Source of the DNA: Eledone cirrhosa
Taxonomy: Eukaryota
Assembly (NCBI GenBank): GCA_964016885.1
Contig: OZ024740.1
Location: forward strand, 438,216,001-438,280,000
DNA length: 64,000 bases
Direction of reading: 5' to 3'
Below the pieces are notes generated by a model. It did no database searches, had not been told where the DNA came from, and saw only the letters and a program-made list of their open reading frames with translations. A program made the position numbers and the translations under genes. Positions 32,201 to 48,300 of the stretch are shown here, piece by piece. Each line of letters starts with the position of its first letter. Within the stretch, counting starts at the first letter, position 1.

Positions 32201-35200
32201 ACATACCTTAAAAGAACATACCTTTATAGAAAACACCTTTATAGTACATACATTAATAGAACATACCTTAATAGAACATACCTTTATAGAACATACCTTT
32301 ATTATTATTACCTTTATAGAACACACCTTTATAGAATACACCTTTATAGAACATACCTTTATAGAACACACCTTTATAGAACAGACCTTTATAGAACATA
32401 CCTTTATAGAACACACCTTTATAGAACAGACCTTTATAGAACATACCTTTATAGAATATACCTTTATAGAACAGACCTTTATAGAACATACCTTTATAGA
32501 ACACACCTTAATAGAACATGCCTTTATAGAACAGGCCTTTATAGAACATACCTTTATAGTACATACCTTTATAGTGCATACCTTAATAGAACATGTCTTT
32601 ATAGAAAATACCTTTATAGAACAGACCTTTATAGAACATACCTTTATAGAAAATACCTTTATAGAAAATACCTTTATAGAACATACCTTTATAGAACATA
32701 CCTTTATAGAACATACCTTTATAGAAAACACCTTAATAAAACATACCTTTATAGAACATACCTTTATAGAACATACCTTTATAGAACATAACTTTATAGA
32801 ACATACCTTTATAGAATATACCTTTATAGAATATACCTTTATAGAACAGACCTTTATAGAACATCCCTTTATAGAATATACCTTTATAGAATATACCTTT
32901 ATAGAACATACCTTTATAGAACATACCTTTATAGAACATACCTTTATAGAACATACCTTTATAGAATATACCTTTATAGAATATACCTTTAACGAACAGA
33001 CCTTTATAGAACATACCTTTATAGAACATACCTTTATAGAACATACCTTTATAGAACATACCTTTATAGAACAGACCTTTATAGAACATACCTTTATAGA
33101 AAATATCTTTATAGAACATACCTTTATAGAACACACCTTTATAGAACATACCTTTATAGAACATACCTCAATATAACATACCTTAATAGAACACACCTTT
33201 ATAGAACACACCTTTATAGAACATACCTTTATAGAATATACCTTTATAGAATATACCTTTATATTACACAACTTTATAGTACACACCTTTAGCGTACATA
33301 CCTTAATAGAACAGACCTTTATAGAACATACCTTCATAGAACATACCTTTATAGTACATACCTTTATAGTACATACCTTAATAGAACATACCTTTATAGA
33401 ACATAGCTTTATAGAACACACCTTAATAGAACACACCTTTATAGAACATAGCTTAATAGAACATACCTTTATAGAACAGACCTTTATAGAACATACCTTT
33501 ATAGAACATACCTTTATAGTACAAACCTTTATAATACATACCTTTATAGTACATACCTTTATAGAACATACCTTTATTGAACAGACCTTTATAGAATATA
33601 CCTTTATAGAACATCCCTTTATAGAACATACCTTTATAGAATAGACCTTTATAGAACATACCTTTATAGAACATACCTTTATAGAACATACCTTTATAGA
33701 ACATACCTTTATAGAACATACCTTTATAGAACATACCTTTATAGAATAGACCTTTATAGAACATACCTTTATAGAACACTCCTGTATAATACATAACTTT
33801 ATAGAACACACCTTTATAGAACATAACTTTATAGAACATACCTTTATAGAACACACCTTTATAGAATACACCTTAATATAACATACCTTAATAGAACACA
33901 CCTTTATAGAACTTATCTTTATAGTACATACCTTTATAGAACACAACTTTATAGAACATACCTTTATAGAATATACCTTTATAGAATGTACCCTTATAGA
34001 ACACACCTTTATAGTACATACCTTAAAAGAACATACCTTTATAGAACACACCTTTATAGTACATACATTAATAGAACATACCTTAATAGAACATACCTTT
34101 ATAGAACACACATTTATAGAACATACCTTTATAGAACATACCTTTATAGAACAGACCTAAATAGAACATACCTTTATAGAACATACCTTTATAGAACAGA
34201 CCTCCTTTATAGTTACTACCTTTATAGAACATAGCTTAACACAACATACCTTTATATAACATACCTTTATAGAATACACCTTAATAGAATACACCTTTAC
34301 AGAACACACCTTAATAGAACATGCCATTATAGAACAGACCTTTATAGAACATACCTTTATAGAACACACCTTTATAGAACATACCTTTATAGTTATTACC
34401 TTTATAGAACACACCTTTATAGAACAGTCTTTTATAGTTATTACCTTTATCGAACACACCTTTATAGAACATACCTTCATAGAACATACCTTTATAGAAC
34501 AGACCTTTATAGAACATACTTTAATAGAACATGCCTTTATCGAACATACCTTTATAGAACATACCTTTATAGAACATACCTTTATAGAACATACCTTTAT
34601 AGAACACACCTTTATAGAACAGACCTTTATAGAACATACCTTCATAGAACACACCTTTATAGAACACACCTTTATAGAACATACCTTCATAGAACATACC
34701 TTTATAGAACATAACTTTATAGAACATACCTTTATAGAACAGACCTTTATAGAACATACCTTTATAGAACACACCTTTATAGAACAGACCTCTATAGAAC
34801 ATACCTTTATAGAACACACCTTTATAGAACAGACCTTTATACAACATACCTTTATAGCATATACCATAATAGAACAGACCTTTAGAGAACATACCTTTAT
34901 AGAACATACCTTTATAGAACAGGCCTTTATAGAAAAGACCTTTATAGAACACACCTTTATAGAACAGACCTTTATAGAACATACCTTCATAGAACACACC
35001 TTTATAGAACATACCTTTATAGAATATACCATTATAGAACAGACCTTTATAGAACACACCTTTATAGAACATACCTTTATAGAACACACCTTTATAGAAC
35101 AGACCTTTATAGAACATACCTTTATAGAACACACCTTTATAGAACAGACCTGTATAGAACATACCTTCATAGAACATACCTTTATAGAACATACCTTTTA

Positions 35201-36190
35201 TAGAACACACCTTTATAGAACATACCTTTATAGAACATACCTTTATAGAACCTATCTTTATAGAACAGACCTTTATAGAACATACCTTTATAGTACATAA
35301 CTTTATAGTACATACCTTAATAGAACATACCTTTATAGAACACACCTTTATAAAACATACCTTTATACAACACACCTTTATAGAACATACCTTTATAAAA
35401 CATACCTTTATAGAACATACCTTTATAGAACAAACCTTTATAGAACATACATTTATAGAAAAGCCCTTTATAGAACACACCTTTATAATACATACCTTTA
35501 TAGAACACACCTTTATAGAACATCCCTTTATAGAACATACCTTTATAGAATAGACCTTTATAAAACATACCTTTATAGAACACACCTTTATAGAAGAGAC
35601 TTTTATAGTTATTACCTTTATCGAACACACCTTTATAGAACATACCTTCATAGAACATACCTTTATAGGACAGACCTTTATAGAACATACTTTAATAGAA
35701 CATGCCTTTATAGAACAGACCTTTATAGAACACACCTTTATCGAACATACCTTTATAGAACATACCTTTATAGAACATACCTTTATAGAACATACCTTTA
35801 TATAACACACCTTTATAGAACAGACCTTTATAGAACATACCTTCATAGAACACACCTTTATAGAACACACCTTTATAGAACATACCTTCATAGAACATAC
35901 CTTTATAGAACATAACTTTATAGAACATGCCTTTATAGAACAGACCTTTATAGAACATACCTTTATAGAACACACCTTTATAGAACAGACCTTTATAGAA
36001 CATACCTTTATAGAACACAACTTTATAGAACAGACCTTTATAGAACATACCTTTATAGAATATACCATTATAGAACAGACCTTTAGAGAACATACCTTTA
36101 TAGAACATACCTTTATAGAACAGGCCTTTATAGAAAAGACCTTTATAGAACACACCTTTATAGAACAGACCTTTATAGAACATACCTTCA
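27330..36190. repeat. Higher-order duplication, period 4429 bp (295 monomers plus 4 bp)
   Basis: ORF offsets 27742->32171, 29024->33453, 29728->34157, 30888->35317 and 31263->35692 all equal 4429. A +3 insertion (acctccttt, ~29773/34202) and a +1 T (~30769/35198) are shared. Confidence 0.93.
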
Positions 36191-36559
36191 TAGAACACAC
36201 CTTTATAGAACATACCTTTATAGAATATACCATTATAGAACAGACCTTTATAGAACACACCTTTATAGAACATACCTTTATAGAACACACCTTTATAGAA
36301 CAGACCTTTATAGAACATACCTTTATAGAACACACCTTTATAGAACAGACCTGTATAGAACATACCTTCATAGAACATACCTTTATAGAAAATACCTTTA
36401 TAGAACACACCTTTATAGAACATACCTTTATAGAACATACCTTTATAGAACCTATCTTTATAGAACAGACCTTTATAGAACATACCTTTATAGTACATAA
36501 CATTATAGTACATACCTTAATAGAACATACCTTTATAGAACACACCTTTATAAAACATA

Positions 36560-39500
36560 CCTTTATTGAACAGACCTTTATAGAATATACCTTTATAGAA
36601 CATCCCTTTATAGAACATACCTTTATAGAATAGACCTTTATAGAACATACCTTTATAGAACATACCTTTATAGAACATACCTTTATAGAACACACCTGTA
36701 TAATACATAACTTTATAGAACACACCTTTATAGAACATAACTTTATAGAACATACCTTTATAGAACACACCTTTATAGAATACACCTTAATATAACATAC
36801 CTTAATAGAACACACCTTTATAGAACTTATCTTTATAGTACATACCTTTATAGAACACACCTTTATAGAACATACCTTTATAGAATATACCTTTATAGAA
36901 TGTACCCTTATAGAACACACCTTTATAGTACATACCTTAAAAGAACATACCTTTATAGAACACACCTTTATAGTACATACATTAATAGAACATACCTTAA
37001 TAGAACATACCTTTATAGAACATACCTTTATTATTATTACCTTTATAGAACACACCTTTATAGAATACACCTTTATAGAACATACCTTTATAGAACACAC
37101 CTTTATAGAACAGACCTTTATAGAACATACCTTTATAGAACACACCTTTATAGAACAGACCTTTATAGAACATACCTTTATAGAATATACCTTTATAGAA
37201 CAGACCTTTATAGAACATACCTTTATAGAACACACCTTAATAGAACATGCCTTTATAGAACAGGCCTTTATAGAACATACCTTTATAGTACATACCTTTA
37301 TAGTGCATACCTTAATAGAACATGTCTTTATAGAAAATACCTTTATAGAACAGACCTTTATAGAACATACCTTTATAGAAAATACCTTTATAGAAAATAC
37401 CTTTATAGAACATTCCTTTATAGAACATACCTTTATAGAACATACCTTTATAGAAAACACCTTAATAAAACATACCTTTATAGAACATACCTTTATAGAA
37501 CATACCTTTATAGAACATAACTTTATAGAACATACCTTTATAGAATATACCTTTATAGAATATACCTTTATAGAACAGACCTTTATAGAACATCCCTTTA
37601 TAGAATATACCTTTATAGAATATACCTTTATAGAACATACCTTTAGAGAACATACCTTTAGAGAACATACCTTTATAGAACATACCTTTATAGAACACAC
37701 CTTAATAGAACATACCTTTATAGAACATACCTTTATAGAACATACCTTTATAGAACATACCTTTATAGAACATACCTTTATAGAATATACCTTTATAGAA
37801 TATACCTTTAACGAACAGACCTTTATAGAACATACCTTTATAGAACATACCTTTATAGAACATACCTTTATAGAACATACCTTTATAGAACAGACCTTTA
37901 TAGAACATACCTTTATAGAAAATATCTTTATAGAACATACCTTTATAGAACACACCTTTATAGAACATACCTTTATAGAACATACCTCAATATAACATAC
38001 CTTAATAGAACACACCTTTATAGAACACACCTTTATAGAACATACCTTTATAGAATATACCTTTATAGAATATACCTTTATATTACACAACTTTATAGTA
38101 CACACCTTTAGCGTACATACCTTAATAGAACAGACCTTTATAGAACATACCTTTATAGAACATACCTTTATAGTACATACCTTTATAGTACATACCTTAA
38201 TAGAACATACCTTTATAGAACATAGCTTTATAGAACACACCTTAATAGAACACACCTTTATAGAACATAGCTTAATAGAACATACCTTTATAGAACAGAT
38301 CTTTATAGAACATACCTTTATAGAACATACCTTTATAGTACAAACCTTTATAATACATACCTTTATAGTACATACCTTTATAGAACATACCTTTATTGAA
38401 CAGACCTTTATAGAATATACCTTTATAGAACATCCCTTTATAGAACATACCTTTATAGAATAGACCTTTATAGAACATACCTTTATAGAACATACCTTTA
38501 TAGAACATACCTTTATAGAACATACCTTTATAGAACATACCTTTATAGAACATACCTTTATAGAATAGACCTTTATAGAACATACCTTTATAGAACACTC
38601 CTGTATAATACATAACTTTATAGAACACACCTTTATAGAACATAACTTTATAGAACATACCTTTATAGAACACACCTTTATAGAATACACCTTAATATAA
38701 CATACCTTAATAGAACACACCTTTATAGAACTTATCTTTATAGTACATACCTTTATAGAACACAACTTTATAGAACATACCTTTATAGAATATACCTTTA
38801 TAGAATGTACCCTTATAGAACACACCTTTATAGTACATACCTTAAAAGAACATACCTTTATAGAACACACCTTTATAGTACATACATTAATAGAACATAC
38901 CTTAATAGAACATACCTTTATAGAACATACCTTTATAGAACATACCTTTATAGAACACACATTTATAGAACATACCTTTATAGAACATACCTTTATAGAA
39001 CAGACCTAAATAGAACATACCTTTATAGAACATACCTTTATAGAACAGACCACCTTTATAGTTACTACCTTTATAGAACATAGCTTAACACAACATACCT
39101 TTATATAACATACCTTTATAGAATACACCTTAATAGAACACACCTTTACAGAACACACCTTAATAGAACATGCCATTATAGAACAGACCTTTATAGAACA
39201 TACCTTTATAGAACACACCTTTATAGAACATACCTTTATAGTTATTACCTTTATAGAACACACCTTTATAGAACAGTCTTTTATAGTTATTACCTTTATC
39301 GAACACACCTTTATAGAACATACCTTCATAGAACATACCTTTATAGAACAGACCTTTATAGAACATACTTTAATAGAACATGCCTTTATCGAACATACCT
39401 TTATAGAACATACCTTTATAGAACATACCTTTATAGAACATACCTTTATAGAACACACCTTTATAGAACAGACCTTTATAGAACATACCTTCATAGAACA

Positions 39501-41420
39501 CACCTTTATAGAACACACCTTTATAGAACATACCTTCATAGAACATACCTTTATAGAACATAACTTTATAGAACATACCTTTATAGAACAGACCTTTATA
39601 GAACATACCTTTATAGAACACACCTTTATAGAACAGACCTTTATAGAACATACCTTTATAGAACACACCTTTATAGAACAGACCTTTATACAACATACCT
39701 TTATAGCATATACCATAATAGAACAGACCTTTAGAGAACATACCTTTATAGAACATACCTTTATAGAACAGGCCTTTATAGAAAAGACCTTTATAGAACA
39801 CACCTTTATAGAACAGACCTTTATAGAACATACCTTCATAGAACACACCTTTATAGAACATACCTTTATAGAATATACCATTATAGAACAGACCTTTATA
39901 GAACACACCTTTATAGAACATACCTTTATAGAACACACCTTTATAGAACAGACCTTTATAGAACATACCTTTATAGAACACACCTTTATAGAACAGACCT
40001 GTATAGAACATACCTTCATAGAACATACCTTTATAGAACTTACCTTTTATAGAACACACCTTTATAGAACATACCTTTATAGAACATACCTTTATAGAAC
40101 CTATCTTTATAGAACAGACCTTTATAGAACATACCTTTATAGTACATAACTTTATAGTACATACCTTAATAGAACATACCTTTATAGAACACACCTTTAT
40201 AAAACATACCTTTATACAACACACCTTTATAGAACATACCTTTATAAAACATACCTTTATAGAACATACCTTTATAGAACAAACCTTTATAGAACATACA
40301 TTTATAGAAAAGCCCTTTATAGAACACACCTTTATAATACATACCTTTATAGAACACACCTTTATAGAACATCCCTTTATAGAACATACCTTTATAGAAT
40401 AGACCTTTATAAAACATACCTTTATAGAACACACCTTTATAGAAGAGACTTTTATAGTTATTACCTTTATCGAACACACCTTTATAGAACATACCTTTAT
40501 AGAACATACCTTTATAGTACATACCTTTATAGTACATACCTTAATAGAACATACCTTTATAGAACATAGCTTTATAGAACACACCTTAATAGAACACACT
40601 TTTATAGAACATAGCTTAATAGAACATACCTTTATAGAACAGACCTTTATAGAACACACCTTTATAGAACATACCTTTATAGAACACACCTTTATAGAAC
40701 ATCCCTTTATAGAACACACCTTTATAATACATACCTTTATAGAACACACCTTTATAGAACATCCCTTTATAGAACATACCTTTATAGAATAGACCTTTAT
40801 AAAACATACCTTTATAGAACACACCTTTATAGAAGAGACTTTTATAGTTATTACCTTTATCGAACACACCTTTATAGAACATACCTTCATAGAACATACC
40901 TTTATAGGACAGACCTTTATAGAACATACTTTAATAGAACATGCCTTTATAGAACATACCTTTATAGAACACACCTTTATCGAACATACCTTTATAGAAC
41001 ATACCTTTATAGAACATACCTTTATAGAACATACCTTTATATAACACACCTTTATAGAACAGACCTTTATAGAACATACCTTCATAGAACACACCTTTAT
41101 AGAACACACCTTTATAGAACATACCTTCATAGAACATACCTTTATAGAACATAACTTTATAGAACATACCTTTATAGAACAGACCTTTATAGAACATACC
41201 TTTATAGAACACACCTTTATAGAACAGACCTTTATAGAACATATCTTTATAGAACACAACTTTATAGAACAGACCTTTATAGAACATACCTTTATAGAAT
41301 ATACCATTATAGAACAGACCTTTAGAGAACATACCTTTATAGAACATACCTTTATAGAACAGGCCTTTATAGAAAAGACCTTTATAGAACACACCTTTAT
41401 AGAACAGACCTTTATAGAAC
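36560..41420. repeat. Third, rearranged copy of the ~4.4-4.8 kb unit (offsets 4729, 4819, 4849 and 5239 bp from the second copy)
   Basis: ORF offsets 32171->36900, 33453->38272, 34157->39006 and 35692->40931. The +3 insertion reads gaccaccttt here (~39050), and the +1 T is at ~40047. Confidence 0.85.
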
Positions 41421-42357
41421 ATACCTTCATAGAACACACCTTTATAGAACATACCTTTATAGAATATACCATTATAGAACAGACCTTTATAGAACACACC
41501 TTTATAGAACATACCTTTATAGAACACACCTTTATAGAACAGACCTTTATAGAACATACCTTTATAGAACACACCTTTATAGAACAGACCTGTATAGAAC
41601 ATACCTTCATAGAACATACCTTTATAGAAAATACCTTTATAGAACACACCTTTATAGAACATACCTTTATAGAACATACCTTTATAGAACCTATCTTTAT
41701 AGAACAGACCTTTATAGAACATACCTTTATAGTACATAACATTATAGTACATACCTTAATAGAACATACCTTTATAGAACACACCTTTATAAAACATACC
41801 TTTATACAACACACCTTTATAGAACATACCTTTATAGAACATACCTTTATAGAACATACCTTTATAGAACACACCTTTATAGAACATACATTTATAGAAA
41901 AGCCCTTTATAGAACACACCTTTATAATACATACCTTTATAGAACACACCTTTATAGAACATCCCTTTATAGAACATACCTTTATAGAATAGACCTTTAT
42001 AAAACATACCTTTATAGAACATACCTTTATAGAACAAACCTTTATAGAACACACCTTAATAGAACATACCTTTATAGAACATACCTTTATAGAATAGACC
42101 TTTATAGAACATACATTTTTAGAACACACCTTTATAGAACATATCTTTATAGAACAGACCTTTATAGAACATACCTTTATATTACACAACTTTATAGTAC
42201 ACACTTTTAGCGTACATACCTTCATAGAACACACCTTTATAGAACACACCTTTATAGAACATACCTTCATAGAACATACCTTTATAGAACATACCTTTAT
42301 AGAACACACCTTTATAGAACAGACCTTTATAGAACATACCTTTATAGAATATACCAT

Positions 42358-45300
42358 TATAGAACAGACCTTTATAGAACATACCCTTATAGAACATATC
42401 TTTATAGAACGGACCTTTATAGAACACACCTTTATAGAACATACCTTTATAGAACATACCTTCATAGAACACACATTTATAGAACATACCTTTATAGAAT
42501 ATACCATTATAGAACAGACCTTTATAGAACACACCTTTATAGAACATACCTTTATAGAACACACCTTTATAGAACAGACCTTTATAGAACATACCTTTAT
42601 AGAACACACCTTTATAGAACAGACCTTTATAGAACATACCTTCATAGAACATACCTTTATATAACATACCTTTATAGAACACACCTTTATAGAACATACC
42701 TTTATAGTAAATAACTTTATAGTACATTCCTTAATAGAACATACCTTTATAGAACACACCTTTATAAAACATACCTTTATACAACACACCTTTATAGAAC
42801 ATACCTTTATAGAACATACCTTTATAGAACATACCTTTATAGAACACACCTTTATAGAACATACATTTATAGAAAAGCCCTTTATAGAATAGACCTTTAT
42901 AAAACATACCTTTATAGAACATACCTTTATAGAACATACCTTTATAGAACACACCTTTATAGAACATACCTTTATAGAACATACCTTTATGGAATAGACC
43001 CTTATAGAACATACCTTTTTAGAACACACCTTTATAGAACATATCTTCATAGAACAGACCTTTATAGAACATACCTTTATAGAACATACCTTTATAGAAC
43101 ACACCTTTATAGAACAGACCTTTATAGAACATATCTTCATAGAACTCACCTTTAAAGAACAGACCTTTATAGAACATACCTTCATAGAACATACCTTAAT
43201 AGAACAGACCTTTATAGAACATATCTTTAGAGAAGATAACTTTATAGAATAGACCTTGATAGAACACACCTTTATAGAATACAGCTTTATAGAACAGACC
43301 TTTATAGAACACACCTTTATAGAACATACCTTTATAGAACACACCTTTATAGTACATAACTTAAAAGAACATACCTTTATAGAACACACCTTTATAGTAC
43401 ATACATTAATAGAACATACCTTAATAGAACATATCTTTATAGAACATACCTTTATTATTATTACCTTTATAGAACACACCTTTATAGAATACACCTTTAT
43501 AGAACATACCTTTATAGAACACACCTTTATAGAACAGACCTTTATAGAACATACCTTTATAGAACACACCTTTATAGAACAGACCTTTATAGAACATACC
43601 TTTATAGAATATACCTTTATAGAACAGACCTTTATAGAACATACCTTTATAGAACACACCTTAATAGAACATGCCTTTATAGAACATACCTTTATAGAAA
43701 ATACCTTTATAGAAAATACCTTTATAGAACATACCTTTATAGAACATACCTTTATAGAAAACACCTTAATAAAACATACCTTTATAGAACATACCTTTAT
43801 AGAACATACCTTTATAGAACATACCTTTATAGAACATACCTTTATAGAATATACCTTTATAGAATATACCTTTATAGAACATACCTTTATAGAACATACC
43901 TTTATAGAACATACCTTTATAGAATATACCTTTATAGAACATACCTTTATAGAACAGACCTTTATAGAACATACCTTTATAGAATATACCTTTATAGAAC
44001 AGACCTTTATAGAACATACCTTTATAGAACATACATTTATAGAACATACCTTTATAGAACATACCTTTATAGAACATACCTTTATAGAACAGACCTTTAT
44101 AGAACATACCTTTATAGAACACACCTTTATAGAACATACCTTTATAGAACATACCTCAATATAACATACCTTAATAGAACACACCTTTATAGAACACACC
44201 CTTATAGAACATACCTTTATAGAATATACCTTTATAGAATATACCTTTCTATTACACAACTTTATAGTACACACCTTTAGCGTACATACCTTAATAGAAC
44301 AGACCTTTGTAGAACATACCTTTATAGAACATACCTTTATAGTACATACCTTTATAGTACATACCTTAATAGAACATACCTTTATAGAACATAGCTTCAT
44401 AGAACACACCTTAATAGAACACACTTTTATAGAACATAGCTTAATAGAACATACCTTAATAGAACAGACCTTTATAGAACATATCTTTAGAGAAGATAAC
44501 TTTATAGCATAGACCTTGATAGAACACACCTTTATAGAATACAGCTTTATAGAACAGACCTTTATAGAACACACCTTTATAGAACAGACCTTTATAGAAC
44601 ACACCTTTATAGAACATACCTTTATAGAACATACCTTTATAGAATAGACCTTTATAGAATAGAGCTTTATAAAACATACCTTTATAGAACATACCTTTAT
44701 AGAACATACCTTTATAGAACACACCTTTATAGAACATACCTTTATAGAACATACCTTTATAGAATAGACCTTTATAGAACATACCTTTTTAGAACACACC
44801 TTTATAGAACATATCTTCATAGAACAGACCTTTATAGTACATATCTTTATAGTACATAACTTAATAGAACATGTCTTTATAGAAAATACCTTTATAGAAC
44901 AGACCTTTATAGAACATACCTTTATAGAAAATACCTTTATAGAAAATACCTTTATAGAACATACCTTTATAGAACATACCTTTATAGAACATACATTTAT
45001 AGAACATACCTTTATAGAACATACCTTAATAGAACATACCTTTATAGAACATAGCTTTATAGAACACACCTTAATAGAACACACTTTTATAGAACATAGC
45101 TTAATAGAACATACCTTTATAGAACAGACCTTTATAGAACATACCTTTATAGAACATACCTTTATAGTACATACCTTTATAGTACATACCTTAATAGAAC
45201 ATACCTTTATAGAACATAGCTTTATAGAACACACCTTAATAGAACACACTTTTATAGAACATAGCTTAATAGAACATACCTTTATAGAACAGACCTTTAT

Positions 45301-48300
45301 AGAACACACCTTTATAGAACATACCTTTATAGAACATACCTTTATAGAATAGACCTTTATAGAATAGAGCTTTATAAAACATACCTTTATAGAACATACC
45401 TTTATAGAACATACCTTTATAGAACACACCTTTATAGAACATACCTTTATAGAACATACCTTTATAGAATAGACCTTTATAGAACATACCTTTTTAGAAC
45501 ACACCTTTATAGAACATATCTTCATAGAACAGACCTTTATAGAACATACCTTTATAGTACATACCTTTATAGTACATACCTTAATAGAACATGTCTTTAT
45601 AGAAAATACCTTTATAGAACAGACCTTTATAGAACATACCTTTATAGAAAATACCTTTATAGAAAATACCTTTATAGAACATACCTTTATAGAACATACC
45701 TTTATAGAACATACCTTTATAGAAAACACCTTAATAAAACATACCTTTATAGAACATACCTTTATAGAACATACCTTTATAGAACATACCTTTATAGAAC
45801 ATACCTTTATAGAATATACCTTTATAGAATATACCTTTATAGAACAGACCTTTATAGAACATACCTTTATAGAATATACCTTTATAGAATATACCTTTAT
45901 AGAACATACCTTTAGAGAACATACCTTTGTAGAACATACCTTTATAGAACATACCTTTATAGAACACACCTTAAAAGAACATACCTTTATAGAACATACC
46001 TTTATAGAACATACATTTATAGAACATACCTTTATAGAACATACCTTTATAGAATATACCTTTATAGAATATACCTTTAACGAACAGACCTTTATAGAAC
46101 ATACCTTTATAGAACATACCTTTATAGAACATACCTTTATAGAACATACCTTTATAGAACAGACCTTTATAGAACATACCTTTATAGAAAATAACTTTAT
46201 AGAACATACCTTTATAGAACACACCTTTATAGAACATACCTTTATAGAACATACCTCAATATAACATACCTTAATAGAACACACCTTTATAGAACACACC
46301 TTTATAGAACATACCTTTATAGAATATACCTTTATAGAATATACCTTTATATTACACAACTTTATAGTACACACCTTTAGCGTACATACCTTAATAGAAC
46401 ACACCTTTATAGAACATACCTTTATAGAACATACCTTTATAGTACATACCTTTATAGTACATGCCTTAATAGAACATACCTTTATAGAACATAGCTTTAT
46501 AGAACACACCTTAATAGAACACAGCTTTATAGAACATAGCTTAATAGAACACATCTTTATGGAACATACCTTTATAGTTATTACCTTTATAGAACACACC
46601 TTTATAGAACAGACTTTTATAGTTATTACCTTTATCGAACACACCTTTATAGAACATAACTTCATAGAACATACCTTTATAGAACAGACCTTTATAGAAC
46701 ATACTTTAATAGAACATGCCTTTATAGAACAGACCTTTATAGAACACACCTTTATCGAACATACCTTTATAGAACATACCTTTATAGAACATACCTTTAT
46801 AGAATAGACCTTTATAAAACATACCTTTATAGAACATACCTTTATAGAACAAACCTTTATAGAACACACCTTAATAGAACATACCTTTATAGAACATACC
46901 TTTATAGAATAGACCTTTATAGAACATACCTTTTTAGAACACACCTTTATAGAACATATCTTTATAGAACAGACCTTTATAGAACATACCTTTATATTAC
47001 ACAACTTTATAGTACACACCTTTAGCGTACATACCTTAATAGAACAGGCCTTTATAGAACATATCTTTAGAGAAGATAACTTTATAGAATAGACCTTTAT
47101 AGAACACACCTTTATAGAATACAGCTTTATAGAACAGACCTTTATAGAACATACCTTTATAGAACATACCTTTATAGAACACACCTTTATAGTACATACC
47201 TTAAAAGAACATACCTTTATAGAACACACCTTTATAGTACATACATTAATAGAACATACCTTAATAGAACATACCTTTATATAACATACCTTTATTATTA
47301 TTACCTTTATATAACACACCTTTATAGAATACACCTTTATAGAACATACCTTTATAGAACACACCTTTATAGAACAGACCTTTATAGAACATACCTTTAT
47401 AGAACACACCTTTATAGAACAGACCTTTATAGAACATACTTTTATAGAATATACCTTTATAGAACAGACCTTTATAGAACATACCTTTATAGAACATACC
47501 TTTATAGAACATACCTTTATAGAACATACCTTTATAGAACATACCTTTATAGAACAGACCTTTATAGAACATACCTTTATAGAAAATATCTTTATAGAAC
47601 ATACCTTTATAGAACACACCTTTATAGAACATACCTTTATAGAACATACCTCAATATAACATACCTTAATAGAACACACCTTTATAGAACACACCCTTAT
47701 AGAACATACCTTTATAGAATATACCTTTATAGAATATACCTTTATATTACACAACTTTATAGTACACACCTTTAGCGTACATACCTTAATAGAACAGACC
47801 TTTGTAGAACATACCTTTATAGAACATACCTTTATAGTACATACCTTTATAGTACATACCTTAATAGAACATACCTTTATAGAACATAGCTTTATAGAAC
47901 ACACCTTAATAGAACACACCTTTATAGAACATAGCTTAATAGAACATACCTTTATAGAACAGACCTTTATAGAACACACCTTTATAGAACATACCTTTAT
48001 AGAACACACCTTTATAGAATAGACCTTTATAGAATAGACCTTTATAAAACATACCTTTATAGAACATACCTTTATAGAACATACCTTTATAGAACACACC
48101 TTTATAGAACATACCTTTATAGAACATACCTTTATAGAATAGACCTTTATAGAACATACCTTTTTAGAACACACCTTTATAGAACATATCTTCATAGAAC
48201 AGACCTTTATAGAACATACCTTTATAGTACATACCTTTATAGTACATACCTTAATAGAACATGTCTTTATAGAAAATACCTTTATAGAACAGACCTTTAT

